Shown: positions 18,106-31,367 of the stretch, in pieces | How the letters are laid out: every line of letters starts with the position of its first letter | Position numbering within the stretch: the first letter of the stretch is position 1 | Assembly: GCA_963770895.1 (NCBI GenBank) | Contig: CAVYRF010000002.1 | Location: 4,416,001-4,480,000, forward strand | Source: an uncultured Acidobacteriota bacterium | GTDB taxonomy: Bacteria; Acidobacteriota; Thermoanaerobaculia; Multivoradales; UBA5704 | Direction of reading: 5' to 3' | DNA: 64,000 nt | Notes under the pieces: generated by a model | The model's input: only the letters and a program-made list of their open reading frames with translations | What the model was told of the DNA's origin: nothing | The model's database searches: none | Position numbers and translations under genes: made by a program

Positions 18106-19914
18106 TCAGTCGCGGCCGTCGAGGTTGTTCAGGAGATCTTTGCAGGTCGTGGCCAGGCTCTGTACGCTGATCGAGGCTGATGCGGAGTGGCGGTCTCTGA
18201 GCTGCTTTTGGAGCTGAAGCAGGATCGACTCAAGCTCGCGATCTGAGGAGGCTGGCTCGCCGGGAGCGGTTTTCGAATCGTCTGCGGTGGGCGCTGGAGC
18301 CTGGGGCGGTTTTTTCAGGGCCTGGTCGATCAAGCGCCGGACGGCGCCGTTGTCAAAAAGCTCCTGGTCGCGGGCAGCATCCGGGCCGCTGGCGGCCTCA
18401 CCGGCAGCGAACAGGCGACATGCCTCGGTCCAGGTGCCCAGCCCGTAGTAGAGCCCGTCAACAAGGCCGGCGGCGCCCTGTTCACCCTCTTCATGCAAGG
18501 CACCGGGAAGCAGCCCGGCGAGCGATACTTTCGGGGCCTGCTTGGCGCTATCAGTCTTGGTATCCGGCGGTGTACCGGCGTCCTGCCTGACGTCACGCTC
18601 GTGCTTCGTATGCGAGGGTGCGCTGGGGCTCTTGTTGTCAATAAGGTTCTCCAGGTTCCTGGACAGGTCTTCGTAGCGTTCTGCTGCTTCCTTTCCCAGG
18701 GTGATCTGCGCGAGCAGGCGGACCAAGCGGGTCAGGGCTGTCCTGCTGCCGTCCTGGTCGTCTTTGGTGAGCGCCAGACGTAGGTCAAGCTGGCGGACGC
18801 CGAGGCGGAACGCCTCCTGCTCGGGTGTCAGGTCTTCGGAGCTTTCGCTGTCGGCGTGGGCGGGGCCGCCGCGCATTCTCGGCCCCCTAATCCAGGTCGG
18901 AGGGTCTGTCGCGTTGGCGTTCTCGAACGGTTGGCTTGCCACCAGGACGGTCAGGGCCTGGTTGGGAAGCCCCACCTGCGAAGCCAGGTACCAGCGCGTC
19001 AGCGTCAGGCCGGCGGTCACGATGAGTGCCGCGGCGATGGCCGCCGCCCATCGCCAGGTCGCGCGGGCGGGTCGTTCGCTGCCGGTGCGGCGCCGCGGCG
19101 TGCGCGGGGACGGCAATGCGGGCGCGGCGGGGCGCACCGGATCGGCGTGCCCCGAGGTTGGCAGGTCAAAAGGGCGGCGCGTGGGCTCGGTTCCCGCTGC
19201 GGCGTCCCCCGTCTCATCCGCCGGGTCTGCCCGGTCCACCGGGTCCGCCCGGTCCGCCGGGTCTTGCCGGTCCGCCGGGTCTTGCCGGTCCGCCGGGTCT
19301 TGCCGGTCCGCCGGGTCTTGCCGGTCCACACCGTCCGCCGCGTTTGCCCGGTCCGCCAGATCCGGCACCGCGGCAGCGGCCAGGTGGCGCTCGTCGGCAA
19401 GGAACTGCGCGGCGCCGGCGAACATTTCGAAGCAACTCTCGCAGGTTGCGAGGTGCGCCATCAGGACGGGACGCCGGTCCTCCGGCAGGGTGCCGTCGAG
19501 GAGCGCTGCCAGCTCTTCCAGGTCGGGGCAGCCGGAGCCGTCCGCACCGCCTGCCGCAGGGTCGCCATCCCTGGCGCCCCCGTCGTGCGGACCCACCGGG
19601 CCGGTGCTGTCGTGCTCGTCGAAGAGAGCTCCTCCAGCCTGGCGGCTGACCCCGTCGCCGTCGCCGGCCGGGGCGCTGGCGCCCGCCGCCGCGTCGCGAC
19701 TTGCGGCTTGGTCGTGGCCGGTCGAGGCTGAGCCTGCGTGCGAGTACTGCATGGCATCGGCGGTGCCGTCGTGGCCACGGTGGCCTGACGCCGCCGTATC
19801 AGGGGACGGACGCCCGGGCGAGTTTCCCAGGCCCGTCGCCGCCGCGGCAGGTTCCGGTGCCTGGTTGGCCGGCGCGTCGATCGCACGCGGGCGCGGGTCG
19901 TCAGTCGTCATCAT
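18106..19914 (-). CDS. zf-HC2 domain membrane protein, putative anti-sigma factor
   Basis: [13 protein letters not shown]...HLATCESC, single TM ([15 protein letters not shown]), overlaps the stop of the ECF sigma gene. Confidence 0.75.
   Translation of the reverse strand: MMTTDDPRPRAIDAPANQAPEPAAAATGLGNSPGRPSPDTAASGHRGHDGTADAMQYSHAGSASTGHDQAASRDAAAGASAPAGDGDGVSRQAGGALFDEHDSTGPVGPHDGGARDGDPAAGGADGSGCPDLEELAALLDGTLPEDRRPVLMAHLATCESCFEMFAGAAQFLADERHLAAAAVPDLADRANAADGVDRQDPADRQDPADRQDPADRQDPADRADPVDRADPADETGDAAAGTEPTRRPFDLPTSGHADPVRPAAPALPSPRTPRRRTGSERPARATWRWAAAIAAALIVTAGLTLTRWYLASQVGLPNQALTVLVASQPFENANATDPPTWIRGPRMRGGPAHADSESSEDLTPEQEAFRLGVRQLDLRLALTKDDQDGSRTALTRLVRLLAQITLGKEAAERYEDLSRNLENLIDNKSPSAPSHTKHERDVRQDAGTPPDTKTDSAKQAPKVSLAGLLPGALHEEGEQGAAGLVDGLYYGLGTWTEACRLFAAGEAASGPDAARDQELFDNGAVRRLIDQALKKPPQAPAPTADDSKTAPGEPASSDRELESILLQLQKQLRDRHSASASISVQSLATTCKDLLNNLDGRD
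19217..19328. repeat. 18-bp coding tandem repeat (DRQDPA x4 plus [12 protein letters not shown] variants)
   Basis: (CCGGGTCTTGCCGGTCCG)n directly visible. Confidence 0.9.
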
Positions 19915-20725
19915 CGTTGAGCAGGTCTGCCACGTCGGCGGTACTGATCCCGGCGGCTTCGAGGGTAAACTTCAGATGCTTTTTGATGTTGTCGATTTTG
20001 CGATAGAGCGGTTTGGCTTCGAGGTGCAGGTCCTTCGCGATGTCCGCGGTTTTCATCCCTTTGCGCATCAGCTTGGCAATCACCGTGTCGTCCGGGCCCA
20101 GGCTTCGGAGCGCCGTCTGCAGGGCGTCGAGAGCTTGTTGCCTGCGGCGCGCCCGTTCGCTGCTCTCGATGCGGTCGTCGGCCCGTTCCCGCGCCACGGC
20201 TTCCGGCGGCAGCCGCGGCGCCGCAACGCCGCCGTCGCCCGGCGCGGACGTCATGTCCGTGTCCAGGGAGAAGTCACGGTGCCGCGTCCGCGGCGGCAGG
20301 AGCTCGGCGATCCTGTAGAGCTCGCTTTCGGTGGTCAGGCCGGGATGCTCGGTCAGGATCTTGTGGCACGCCTCCTCGAAGTGGTAACCGTCCCGCGACA
20401 GCAGCTGTTCCAGCTGGGTGGCGAGCGCCCCCATCTTCACTGCTGCCTTGCACGGTCGCCACTTGCCCCACAGCTTGTCGGCGAAGTCCTTGGCGGCGCA
20501 GTTGACCACCATCACCAGATAGGTTTCGAGGCTGGATTTGCGTTGCCAGGCGCGCAGCACCGCATAGTTGTTGGCAAAGACCTTCGTCAACACTATTTGC
20601 GTGAAGTCTTGGACGTCTTCGGCGCCCATGCCATAGCGGCGGCAGGCGTGTGCCGCGGCTCTGCGGAGCAGCGGTACCTGTTGGAGGAACAGCTGCTCGA
20701 GCGAATCTGAGGGCGGGAGGTCCAT
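19901..20725 (-). CDS. ECF-type sigma-70 factor with central insertion
   Basis: Region-2-like DVQDFTQIVLTKVFANNYAVLRAW..SSLETYL, WGKWRP insertion, region-4 HTH GMKTADIAKDLHLEAKPLYRKI. Confidence 0.78.
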   Translation of the reverse strand: MDLPPSDSLEQLFLQQVPLLRRAAAHACRRYGMGAEDVQDFTQIVLTKVFANNYAVLRAWQRKSSLETYLVMVVNCAAKDFADKLWGKWRPCKAAVKMGALATQLEQLLSRDGYHFEEACHKILTEHPGLTTESELYRIAELLPPRTRHRDFSLDTDMTSAPGDGGVAAPRLPPEAVARERADDRIESSERARRRQQALDALQTALRSLGPDDTVIAKLMRKGMKTADIAKDLHLEAKPLYRKIDNIKKHLKFTLEAAGISTADVADLLNDDDD

Positions 20726-21169
20726 CGCAGGCGTCTATTGCCGTTTCAGGCAGAAGCTCGCGATCTGGGGTCGAGCACCGGCATGATTGTAACGAAGTTT
20801 GCCTACTTATGAGCCCTTGCGACCAAAAAACCTGGCATATACCAATAGACGGTTCGCCATGTTTAAACATACCCCTACCGGGGTGCCTGCCGGACGCTGC
20901 CTACTTTCCGCATACGCCAGGGTCCCCCTTTTGTTTTCAGGTCTGCCTTCCCGGCCTTGGGGCTACGCCGTGCTTGCGCCGCGGCCGCAGGGGGGCTATA
21001 CTGCGCCCTCCTCGTGAGGCGTGGCTGCGGTAGCTTGCGGCAGAGAGCCGATGGGGAGCTGTTGTGGAAGCAAGGAGCGACGGCAGGTGGGATGCCGTGC
21101 CTGCGGCGCCACAAGGTGTTCTTCGGAGCGCCCTGTTGCGGGGCTGGCCGGCGGGTGCCGTTTGGGTGA

Positions 21170-21198
21170 TTGACGGAGCGGGACGCTCCTGCTAGGAT
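21170..21198 (+). promoter_or_regulatory. Sigma70 promoter of the str/S10 superoperon
   Basis: TTGACG (21170-21175)-N17-TAGGAT (21193-21198) with extended -10 TG at 21190-21191. Confidence 0.7.
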
Positions 21199-21573
21199 TC
21201 ACCGGTTTCGCCGCCGAAGGTTTCGCCAGGAACCGTGGCGGATTGATCTTCCGCCGGAAGATCTGATCCTTAACGCCGTTCGAAGCGGTGTGCGGGTTGA
21301 GCCCTTCCTGATGAAAGGTGGGGCCAGCGGGTGTGTCCACGCCTGAGCCAGCGTTGCTAACGCTGTCCAGCGGCGTCTCCCGCAATCCCTGTCGCCGCTG
21401 GAGTGGGCCGGAACCCCTCGCAAGGGAATCTGGCGGGCGCACCGGAGTGCGGTTCTCCGGATGAGCCGGGGATTGAGCGGTCGAGCCGTTTTGGCGACCG
21501 GTCACCCCTGGGTCGTGCGCCGCCGACGGGATGGAGCGGATGGCGGCCGTGAGGCCGAGGAGACTTGGAAGGT

Positions 21574-21948
21574 ATGCCTACGATTCATCAGCTGGTGCGC
21601 AAGGGCCGTGCCCGCGCAGAAGCGAAGACGAAGAGCCCGGCTTTGCAGTCCTCGCCGCAGAAGCGCGGCGTGTGCGTCCGTGTGTACACCCAGACGCCCA
21701 AGAAGCCCAACTCGGCTCTGCGCAAGGTGGCTCGCGTGCGGCTCACCAACGGCATCGAGGTGACCACCTACATCCCCGGCGTCGGCCACAACCTGCAGGA
21801 GCACTCGATCGTGCTCATCCGCGGCGGCCGCGTCAAGGATCTGCCGGGAGTGCGCTACCACGTGGTCCGCGGCACGCTGGATGCCGTGGGCGTGCAGAAC
21901 CGCCGTCAGGGGCGCTCCAAGTACGGCGCCAAGCGGCCCAAGGGCTGA
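21574..21948 (+). CDS. rpsL: 30S ribosomal protein uS12
   Basis: [38 protein letters not shown]. Confidence 0.99.
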   Translation: MPTIHQLVRKGRARAEAKTKSPALQSSPQKRGVCVRVYTQTPKKPNSALRKVARVRLTNGIEVTTYIPGVGHNLQEHSIVLIRGGRVKDLPGVRYHVVRGTLDAVGVQNRRQGRSKYGAKRPKG

Positions 21949-21989
21949 GGCCCCGCAGCGATCGCAAGAGTTCGTAAAATCGGAGATAG

Positions 21990-22463
<474 letters not shown>

Positions 22464-22661
22464 CCACGGCTACCAATTACCGCAAGCCGATCTCGCAAAC
22501 GCACGACACCAACGCACATCCCCGAACCTCGCGTCGGGTAGCCCGCGCCGGCCCTGTGCCGGCGCCGCCGCCCGCGCCCGCCTGCCCCGGTGGCGCCGTT
22601 GCGGCGCCCGGCCAGGCCAGCGAGGGGAGCGGACGGGCGATAGAGAAAGATCGATAGCACC

Positions 22662-24758
22662 ATGGCAAGGCAAGTTTCACTCAAAGACACGCGCAATATC
22701 GGCATCATGGCTCACATCGATGCCGGTAAGACCACGACTACCGAACGCGTCCTTTTCTATACGGGCGTCAATTACAAGATCGGCGAAGTGCACGAAGGCA
22801 CTGCCACCATGGACTGGATGGTGCAGGAGCAGGAGCGCGGCATCACCATCACTTCCGCTGCCACCACCTGCTTCTGGAAGAACCATCGCATCAACATCAT
22901 CGACACCCCCGGCCACGTGGATTTCACCGCCGAGGTGGAGCGGTCGCTGCGCGTGCTGGACGGCGCCGTGGCGGTGTTCGACTCCGTCGCCGGCGTCGAG
23001 CCGCAGTCGGAAACGGTGTGGCGCCAGGCCGATCGGTACCGCGTGCCGCGCATCGCGTTCGTCAACAAGATGGACCGCGTCGGCGCCGACTTCGATCGCA
23101 CGGTGTCGATGATGCGCAGCCGTCTGGCCGCCAATCCGGTGGTGATCCAATTCCCGTGGGGCAAGGAAGACCACTTCAAGGGCATCATCGACCTGGTGGA
23201 CCTCAAGGGGATCTTCTACAAGGACGAAACCCTGGGCGCCGACTACGAGACGGTCGACATCCCCGAAGAGCACCTGGACGAAGCGCACCGGCTGCGCGAA
23301 GCGATGGTCGAAGCGATCGCCGAAACCGACGACCAGCTGCTCGAAAAGTACCTCTCGGGCGAAGAGATCACCAAGGACGAGCTGCGCGCTTCGCTGCGCC
23401 GCGCCACCATCGCCAACCGCCTGCAGCCGGTGGTGTGCGGCAGCGCCTTCAAGAACAAGGGCGTGCAGCCGCTGCTCGACTCGGTGGTGGCGTTCCTGCC
23501 GTCGCCGCTCGACATCCCGCCGATCGCCGGCACCGACCTGGGCGGCGACAAGCAGGTGATGCGCCATTCCGACGATTCGGAGCCGTTCTCGGCGCTGGTG
23601 TTCAAGATCATGACCGACCCGTTCGTCGGCCAGCTGAGCTTCTTCCGTGTCTACTCGGGGCACATCGAATCGGGCACCACGGTGCTCAACGCCAAGCGCG
23701 GCACCAACGAGCGCGTCGGCCGCCTGCTCAAGATGCACGCCAACAAGCGCGAGGAAATCTCCGAGGTGTGGGCTGGCGACATCGCCGCCGCCGTCGGCCT
23801 GCGCAACGTCACCACCGGCGATACCATCTGCGATACCAAATCACCGGTGGTGCTGGAGGCGATGAGCTTCCCCGAGCCGGTCATCTCGGTGTCGATCGAG
23901 CCGAAGACCAAGAGCGACCAGGAAAGGCTGGGCGTGTCGCTCGGCAAGCTGATGCAGGAGGACCCGACGTTCCGGGTGCACACCGATCCGGACACCGGCC
24001 AGACCCTGATTTCGGGCATGGGCGAGCTGCACCTCGAGATCATCACCGATCGCCTGGTGCGGGAGTTCAACGTCGGTTGCAACGTCGGCAAGCCGCAGGT
24101 GGCGTACAAGGAAGCGATCACCCGCGAAGCCGAGGGCGAGGGCCGCTACATCAAGCAGACCGGCGGCAAGGGCCAGTACGGCCACGCCCGCATCAAGCTG
24201 CGGCCGCTGGCCGAAGACGCGGACGAAGATGCCGATCGGGATTTTGTGTTCAACAACATGATCGTCGGCGGCGTCATCCCGCGCGAGTTCATCAAGCCGA
24301 TCGAGCAGGGCATCAAGGAAGCGCTGGAAACCGGGCCGCTGGCCGGCTATCCGATGACCGGCGTCGAAGTGGACCTGATCTTCGGCAGCTATCACGAAGT
24401 CGACTCCTCGGAAATCGCCTTCAAGATCGCCGGTTCGATGGCCTTCCAGGACGCCTGCAAGCGGGCGCGTCCGGTGCTGATGGAGCCGATCATGGCGGTC
24501 GAGGTGGTGACCCCCGAGGAGTACATGGGTGAGGTCATCGGCGACATCACGTCGCGCCGCGGCCGCGTGCAGCAGATGGAGCGGCGCGGCAACGCGCAGG
24601 TCATCGCCTGCCGCGTGCCGCTGTCGGAAATGTTCGGATATGCCACCGACCTGCGCTCGCAGAGCCAGGGGCGGGCCAGCTACACGATGCAGTTCGCCAG
24701 CTACGAGCAGGCGCCCAAGAGCGTCAGCGAAGAGGTCGTTGCCAAGGCAGCCGGTTAA
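22662..24758 (+). CDS. fusA: Elongation factor G
   Basis: [32 protein letters not shown]; str operon position. Confidence 0.99.
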   Translation: MARQVSLKDTRNIGIMAHIDAGKTTTTERVLFYTGVNYKIGEVHEGTATMDWMVQEQERGITITSAATTCFWKNHRINIIDTPGHVDFTAEVERSLRVLDGAVAVFDSVAGVEPQSETVWRQADRYRVPRIAFVNKMDRVGADFDRTVSMMRSRLAANPVVIQFPWGKEDHFKGIIDLVDLKGIFYKDETLGADYETVDIPEEHLDEAHRLREAMVEAIAETDDQLLEKYLSGEEITKDELRASLRRATIANRLQPVVCGSAFKNKGVQPLLDSVVAFLPSPLDIPPIAGTDLGGDKQVMRHSDDSEPFSALVFKIMTDPFVGQLSFFRVYSGHIESGTTVLNAKRGTNERVGRLLKMHANKREEISEVWAGDIAAAVGLRNVTTGDTICDTKSPVVLEAMSFPEPVISVSIEPKTKSDQERLGVSLGKLMQEDPTFRVHTDPDTGQTLISGMGELHLEIITDRLVREFNVGCNVGKPQVAYKEAITREAEGEGRYIKQTGGKGQYGHARIKLRPLAEDADEDADRDFVFNNMIVGGVIPREFIKPIEQGIKEALETGPLAGYPMTGVEVDLIFGSYHEVDSSEIAFKIAGSMAFQDACKRARPVLMEPIMAVEVVTPEEYMGEVIGDITSRRGRVQQMERRGNAQVIACRVPLSEMFGYATDLRSQSQGRASYTMQFASYEQAPKSVSEEVVAKAAG

Positions 24759-24875
24759 ACCGGCTGCGCCAAGGACGGCAGCAGGCTGAGCCTGCTGCTC
24801 CAGGACAGCGGCCGGTTATAACCGGCCGCGCCAGCAAAGCAGCCTGACCGGCAGCGTCCGGGGGGGATTTTCAGC

Positions 24876-26069
<1,194 letters not shown>

Positions 26070-26101
26070 AATGAAGTTGCCGGGCTGGAGCTGAGGAGAT
26101 C

Positions 26102-26419
<318 letters not shown>

Positions 26420-26498
26420 CCGCGTCTTCCCCCCGCGTCCACGTCGGACGCGGGCCAGGGACTTGGACACGACGCAGGAACCTTCAAGGGGTACGCCG

Positions 26499-27128
26499 AT
26501 GGAAGGCATGCTGGGACGCAAACTGGGGATGACCCAAATCTACGCCGACGACGGGTCGGTGGTGCCGGTGACGGTGCTCAAGGCCGGTCCGTGCCTGGTG
26601 GTGCAGCGCAAGACGCACGCCACCGACGGCTACGAATCTGTGCAGCTCGGCCTGGTCGAGGACCGGCCGCCCAAGCACGTGACCAAGCCGCGCCTCGGCC
26701 ACTTCGCCAAGGCCGGCGTGGCGGCGCTCGCCCACCTGATGGAGTTCCGCCTGGCCGACGGCGAGGAGGTCAAGCCGGGCGACGAGGTGAAGGCCAGCAT
26801 CTTCGAGGAGAAGCAGTACGTGGACGTGGTGGCGACCAGCAAGGGCAAGGGCTTCCAGGGCGTCGTCAAGCGCCACGGCTTTGCCGGCGGCCGCGCCACC
26901 CACGGTTCGATGTTCCACCGCGCTCCCGGTTCGATCGGCTCCTCCGCCTTTCCGTCGCGGGTCTTCGCCGGCATGCGCGGCACCGGCCGCATGGGCGGCG
27001 ACCGGGTGACGGTCAAGAACCTCCTGGTCATCAAGGTGGACATCGAGCAGAACCTGATCTACGTGCGCGGTGCGGTGCCGGGCGCCAGGCACGCCTACGT
27101 GGCGATCAAGCGGGCCAAGCGCGGCTGA
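26499..27128 (+). CDS. rplC: 50S ribosomal protein uL3
   Basis: [35 protein letters not shown]. Confidence 0.98.
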   Translation: MEGMLGRKLGMTQIYADDGSVVPVTVLKAGPCLVVQRKTHATDGYESVQLGLVEDRPPKHVTKPRLGHFAKAGVAALAHLMEFRLADGEEVKPGDEVKASIFEEKQYVDVVATSKGKGFQGVVKRHGFAGGRATHGSMFHRAPGSIGSSAFPSRVFAGMRGTGRMGGDRVTVKNLLVIKVDIEQNLIYVRGAVPGARHAYVAIKRAKRG

Positions 27129-27156
27129 GCCGCGACGACGCCCCTGACGAGAGGAC

Positions 27157-27789
27157 GTGGCAACGATGAAGATCGCGGTCAAGAGTCTGGAGAACCGGCA
27201 GCTGCGCGAGATCGATCTGCCAGAAGCCGTCTTCGGCTATCCGTACAACGAGCACCTGATCCACGAGGCGGTGCAGGCGTACCTGGCCGGACGCCGTCGC
27301 GGCACGCACAAGACCAAGACCCGCGCCGAGGTTTCGGGCTCGGGCAAGAAGCTATGGCGGCAGAAGGGCACCGGCCGCGCCCGCACCGGCGACATCCGCA
27401 ACCCCAAGTGGCGCCACGGCGGCATCGTCTGGGGTCCGGTGCCGCACGGCTACGAAAAGTCGCTGTCGGTGCGCGAAAAGAAGAACGCCCTCAAGTCGGC
27501 GCTGTCGCGCAAGCTGGCCGAAGAGCGCGTGGTCGTGCTCGACAACCTGGACCTGGCGAGCCATCGCACACGCGAGCTGGTCGCTCACCTGTCCGGCCTG
27601 GGCGTGGCGGGCAAGGCGCTGCTGGTCGACGTGCACGACAATCACAACCTGAATCTCGCGGCGCGCAACAACCGCGCCGTCAAGACGGTGGACGCGCTGG
27701 CGGTCAACGTCTACGACGTCGTCGACCGGCCGTTTCTGGTGCTGAGCGAAGACGCGCTCAACCGGCTGGTGGAGGTGCTGGCGAAATGA
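27157..27789 (+). CDS. rplD: 50S ribosomal protein uL4
   Basis: RRGTHKTKTRAEVSG, QKGTGRAR; alternative start ATG 27166. Confidence 0.98.
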   Translation: MATMKIAVKSLENRQLREIDLPEAVFGYPYNEHLIHEAVQAYLAGRRRGTHKTKTRAEVSGSGKKLWRQKGTGRARTGDIRNPKWRHGGIVWGPVPHGYEKSLSVREKKNALKSALSRKLAEERVVVLDNLDLASHRTRELVAHLSGLGVAGKALLVDVHDNHNLNLAARNNRAVKTVDALAVNVYDVVDRPFLVLSEDALNRLVEVLAK

Positions 27790-28079
27790 GGATCCAAGAA
27801 GTGATCCGGCGGCCGCTGATCACCGAGAAGTCGTCGCGCGAGCGCGAGAGCGGCAGCAACATCGTCGCTTTCGAAGTGCACCGCGATGCCAACAAGATCG
27901 AAGTGCTGCGCGCCGTGCAGGTGCAGTTCAAGGTCAAGGTGGCGGAAGTGCGCATCGCCAACTGTCACGGCAAGGTCCGCCGGCAGGGCAAGTTCGTCGG
28001 CCGGCGCCCCGATTGGAAGAAGGCCTACGTCAGACTGGCCGCCGGCGAAAAGCCGATCGAGTTCTTCGAGGGGATGTAA
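27786..28079 (+). CDS. rplW: 50S ribosomal protein uL23
   Basis: RPLITEKS, FEVHRDANKIE, WKKAYVRL; ATGA overlap with rplD. Confidence 0.97.
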   Translation: MRIQEVIRRPLITEKSSRERESGSNIVAFEVHRDANKIEVLRAVQVQFKVKVAEVRIANCHGKVRRQGKFVGRRPDWKKAYVRLAAGEKPIEFFEGM

Positions 28080-28082
28080 ACG

Positions 28083-28910
28083 ATGGCGATCAAACAGAGA
28101 AAGCCGACCAACGCGGCAAGTCGTTTTCAGACCTATCCCGCTTTTGACGAGCTGACCGGCCACGCGCCGCACAAACCGCTGACTGCGGGCAAGTCGAACA
28201 CCGGCGGACGCAACAACCGCGGCGAGCTGACTTCGTGGTGGCGCGGCGGCGGCCATAAGCGGCGCTACCGGGTGATCGATTTCCGCCGCGACAAGCACGG
28301 CGTGCCGGCCAAGGTCGCGACCGTCGAGTACGACCCCAACCGCTCGGCGCGCATCGCCCTGCTGCACTACGCCGACGGCGAGAAGCGCTACATCCTGTGG
28401 CCGAACGGCCTGGCGGTGGGCGCGGAAGTGATGTCGGGCGAAAAGGCCGAGGTCAACCTGGGCAACGCCCTGCCGCTGCGCCTGATCCCGCTGGGCACGG
28501 TGATCCACAACATCGAGCTCAAGATCGGCAAGGGCGGCCAGATGGTGCGCAGCGCCGGCGGCGGCGCCCAGCTGATGGCGCGCGACGGCGGCTGGGCGCA
28601 GGTCAAGCTGCCCTCGGGCGAGGTGCGGCGCGTTCATGTCGAGTGCTACGCGACGGTCGGCCAGGTCGGCAACCTGGAGCACGAAAACATTTCCTACGGC
28701 AAGGCAGGGCGCAAGCGCTGGCTGGGCCGCAAGCCCCACAACCGCGGCGTGTCGATGAACCCGGTGGATCACCCGATGGGCGGCGGCGAAGGACGCACTT
28801 CCGGCGGCCGCCATCCCACGACCCCCTGGGGCGTGCCCACCAAGGGTTACAAGACCCGTAACAACAAGCGCACGGACCCGATGATCGTCCGCCGCCGGAA
28901 CCAGAAATAG
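28083..28910 (+). CDS. rplB: 50S ribosomal protein uL2
   Basis: [35 protein letters not shown]. Confidence 0.99.
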   Translation: MAIKQRKPTNAASRFQTYPAFDELTGHAPHKPLTAGKSNTGGRNNRGELTSWWRGGGHKRRYRVIDFRRDKHGVPAKVATVEYDPNRSARIALLHYADGEKRYILWPNGLAVGAEVMSGEKAEVNLGNALPLRLIPLGTVIHNIELKIGKGGQMVRSAGGGAQLMARDGGWAQVKLPSGEVRRVHVECYATVGQVGNLEHENISYGKAGRKRWLGRKPHNRGVSMNPVDHPMGGGEGRTSGGRHPTTPWGVPTKGYKTRNNKRTDPMIVRRRNQK

Positions 28911-28924
28911 GAGCCATAGAAGCC

Positions 28925-29212
28925 ATGCCGCGTTCAGTGCACAAGGGCCCCTTCGTCGACGGTCACCTTGAAAACAAGGTGACCGCCGCCCGCTCGCGCG
29001 GGGACAACCGGGTGATCAAGACCTGGTCGCGCCGCTCGACGGTGATCCCCGACATGGTGAACCTGACGATCGCCGTGCACAACGGCGCCAAGTTCATCCC
29101 GGTCTACATCACCGAGAACATGGTCGGTCACAAGCTGGGCGAGTTCGCCATGACCCGCACCTTCCGGGGCCACAGCGGCAAGAAGGTCGAAAAGGGGGCC
29201 CGTCCCCGGTAG
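28925..29212 (+). CDS. rpsS: 30S ribosomal protein uS19
   Basis: [23 protein letters not shown]. Confidence 0.99.
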   Translation: MPRSVHKGPFVDGHLENKVTAARSRGDNRVIKTWSRRSTVIPDMVNLTIAVHNGAKFIPVYITENMVGHKLGEFAMTRTFRGHSGKKVEKGARPR

Positions 29213-29233
29213 TTGGACAGGGGGTCTACAACC

Positions 29234-29680
29234 ATGGAAGTCACCGCACGGCTTCGTTATGTGCAGGGCTCGGCGCAGAAGATGCGCCTGGTCGCCGACC
29301 TGGTCCGCGGCAAGCAGGTCCAGGACGCGGTCAACCTGCTGGGGGTCACCAAGAAGGTGGCGGCCCGTCACATCGAAAAGTGTCTCAAGTCGGCGATCGC
29401 CAACGCCGAGAACCGCGAGGAGCACGTGGACGTCGACCGGCTGTACGTCAAGGCGATCTTCGTCGACGGCGGGCCGATGGCCAAGCGCATCCGGCCGGCG
29501 CCGATGGGGCGCGCGTTCCGGATCCTCAAGCGGCAGAGCCACATCACCATCAAGCTCGATACCCACAAGGGCGCCGAGCCTGCCGCGAGATCCGCAAAAT
29601 CGGCGACGCCGTCGGCGCCTTCCGCGCCGTCCGCCAAGGCGCCGAGGCCGTCCAGAGCCAAGGCCAAGGCCAAGGCGTAA
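29234..29680 (+). CDS. rplV: 50S ribosomal protein uL22 with Ala/Lys/Ser/Pro C-terminal tail
   Basis: KMRLVADLVRG, LKSAIANA, GRAFRILKRQSHITI. Confidence 0.97.
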   Translation: MEVTARLRYVQGSAQKMRLVADLVRGKQVQDAVNLLGVTKKVAARHIEKCLKSAIANAENREEHVDVDRLYVKAIFVDGGPMAKRIRPAPMGRAFRILKRQSHITIKLDTHKGAEPAARSAKSATPSAPSAPSAKAPRPSRAKAKAKA

Positions 29681-29698
29681 CGGGAGAGGAACGACACA

Positions 29699-30349
29699 GT
29701 GGGCCAAAAAACACACCCTTACGGCTTCCGCCTGGTTTACAACAAGACCTGGCACTCGCGCTGGTACGGCGACAGCCACTACGCCGACATGCTGCACGAG
29801 GACCTCAAGCTGCGCAAACGCCTGAAGAGCCGGCTGTCGCACGCCGGCGTCTCCGAGGTGGACATCGAGCGCGCCGCCGACAAGCTGCGGGTCACCATCT
29901 ACACCTCGCGGCCGGGCATCATCATCGGCCGCCGGGGTGCAGAAGTGGACAAGCTGCGAGACGACCTCCAGAAGGAGATGGGGCGCGAAGTCCACATCAA
30001 CATCCAGGAGATCCAGCGCCCCGAGCTGGACGCCCAGCTGGTGGGCGAATCGATCGCCGGCCAGCTGGAGCGTCGGGTGTCGTTCCGCCGGGCGATGAAA
30101 AAGGCGATGGAGTCGGCGTTCCGCTTCGGCGCCAAGGGAGTCAAGATCATGGTCTCGGGGCGGCTGGGCGGCGCCGAGATCGCGCGCTCCGAGTGGTACC
30201 AGGAGGGGCGCCTGCCGCTGCACACGCTCAAGGCCGACATCGACTACGGGCTGGCCGAGGCGCGCACGACCTACGGCGTCATCGGCGTCAAGGTGTGGGT
30301 GTACAAGGGTGACCTGCTCAAGGAGAAGAGCCGCCGCGCGACCGCTTGA
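29699..30349 (+). CDS. rpsC: 30S ribosomal protein uS3
   Basis: [32 protein letters not shown]; GTG start. Confidence 0.99.
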   Translation: MGQKTHPYGFRLVYNKTWHSRWYGDSHYADMLHEDLKLRKRLKSRLSHAGVSEVDIERAADKLRVTIYTSRPGIIIGRRGAEVDKLRDDLQKEMGREVHINIQEIQRPELDAQLVGESIAGQLERRVSFRRAMKKAMESAFRFGAKGVKIMVSGRLGGAEIARSEWYQEGRLPLHTLKADIDYGLAEARTTYGVIGVKVWVYKGDLLKEKSRRATA

Positions 30350-30378
30350 GCGGATCGCGGACAACGGAGTGAATCGTC

Positions 30379-30798
30379 ATGTTGATGCCGAAGAAGGTCA
30401 AGTTCAGAAAGCAGCAGCGCGGCCGGCGCGCGGGCATGTCGAAGGGGGGCACGTACATGGCCTTCGGCGACTACGGCCTGCAGGCGCAGGAGACGGGCTG
30501 GGTGACGGCGCGCCAGATCGAAGCGGCTCGTATCGCCATCACCCGCGCGGTCAAGCGCGGCGGCAAGGTTTGGATCCGGGTGTTCCCCGACAAGCCGATC
30601 ACCAAGAAGCCGCTCGAAACCCGCATGGGCAAGGGCAAGGGCAACCCCGAAGAGTGGGTCGCCGTGGTCAAACCGGCGCGCATCCTGTACGAATTGGAAG
30701 GCGTGTCGCACGAGGTGGCCGAAGAGGCCATGCGTCTGGCGTCGCACAAGCTCGGAATCAGGACCAAGTTCATCACCCGTCATCAGGATCCGAGGTGA
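30379..30798 (+). CDS. rplP: 50S ribosomal protein uL16
   Basis: [24 protein letters not shown]. Confidence 0.99.
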   Translation: MLMPKKVKFRKQQRGRRAGMSKGGTYMAFGDYGLQAQETGWVTARQIEAARIAITRAVKRGGKVWIRVFPDKPITKKPLETRMGKGKGNPEEWVAVVKPARILYELEGVSHEVAEEAMRLASHKLGIRTKFITRHQDPR

Positions 30799-30802
30799 GC
30801 CG

Positions 30803-30991
30803 ATGAAAGCCACGCAGATGCGGGAGCAGACCGTCGAGGAGCTGCGCGACAAGGAGCGGGACCTGTGCGAGCAGCTCTTCGCCCTGCGCTTGCAGAAAGT
30901 CACCGGCCAGCTCGAGAAGCCGTCGCGGGTGCGGCAGGTGCGCAAGGACCTGGCGCGGGTGTTGACCGTGCTGCATGAAAAGAAGGGATAG
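30803..30991 (+). CDS. rpmC: 50S ribosomal protein uL29
   Basis: LFALRLQ..TGQLEKPSRVRQVRKDLARVLT; operon position. Confidence 0.96.
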   Translation: MKATQMREQTVEELRDKERDLCEQLFALRLQKVTGQLEKPSRVRQVRKDLARVLTVLHEKKG

Positions 30992-31006
30992 GGGATAGGA
31001 GAGATC

Positions 31007-31339
31007 ATGCCGGAGACGACGAAGGACCAGGGCGGCGAGCCGGGCGCGGCGCCCGAGGTAACGGCGGCGCCGATCGCCGCGACGGCCCAGCGCGGCCGGC
31101 GGCAGGTGAAGGTGGGCAAGGTGGTGAGCAACAAAATGGACAAGACGGTCATCGTCACCGTCGAGAACACCATGACGCACCGCCTGTACCACCGCTACAT
31201 GAAGCGGACCAGCAAGTTTTCCGCGCACGACGCGGAGAACCGCTGCAAGATCGGCGACGTGGTGGAGATCGTCTCCAGCCGGCCCCTGTCCAAGACCAAG
31301 AGATGGCGGGTCCGCGAGATTTTGAAGCGGTCCGAGTAA
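31007..31339 (+). CDS. rpsQ: 30S ribosomal protein uS17 with N-terminal extension
   Basis: [26 protein letters not shown]. Confidence 0.97.
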   Translation: MPETTKDQGGEPGAAPEVTAAPIAATAQRGRRQVKVGKVVSNKMDKTVIVTVENTMTHRLYHRYMKRTSKFSAHDAENRCKIGDVVEIVSSRPLSKTKRWRVREILKRSE

Positions 31340-31367
31340 GCGGCCGCGCGGCCGAGGGCTAACGACA

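Noticed and set aside
19217-19328. Possible CRISPR array
   Set aside because: Head-to-tail 18-bp units with no spacers, in frame within a CDS, and no cas genes
19026-19649. Collagen-like GPPGLA repeat ORF on the plus strand
   Set aside because: It is the antisense reading of the DRQDPA repeat inside the zf-HC2 gene; short and without RBS or signal peptide
20859-20870. Perfect palindrome ATGTTTAAACAT upstream of the ECF gene
   Set aside because: Single occurrence with no assignable regulator; could be an operator but unsupported
21308-21318. CTGATGA-AAG suggesting a hammerhead ribozyme core
   Set aside because: No stem II followed by GAAA and no matching stems I/III could be built by eye
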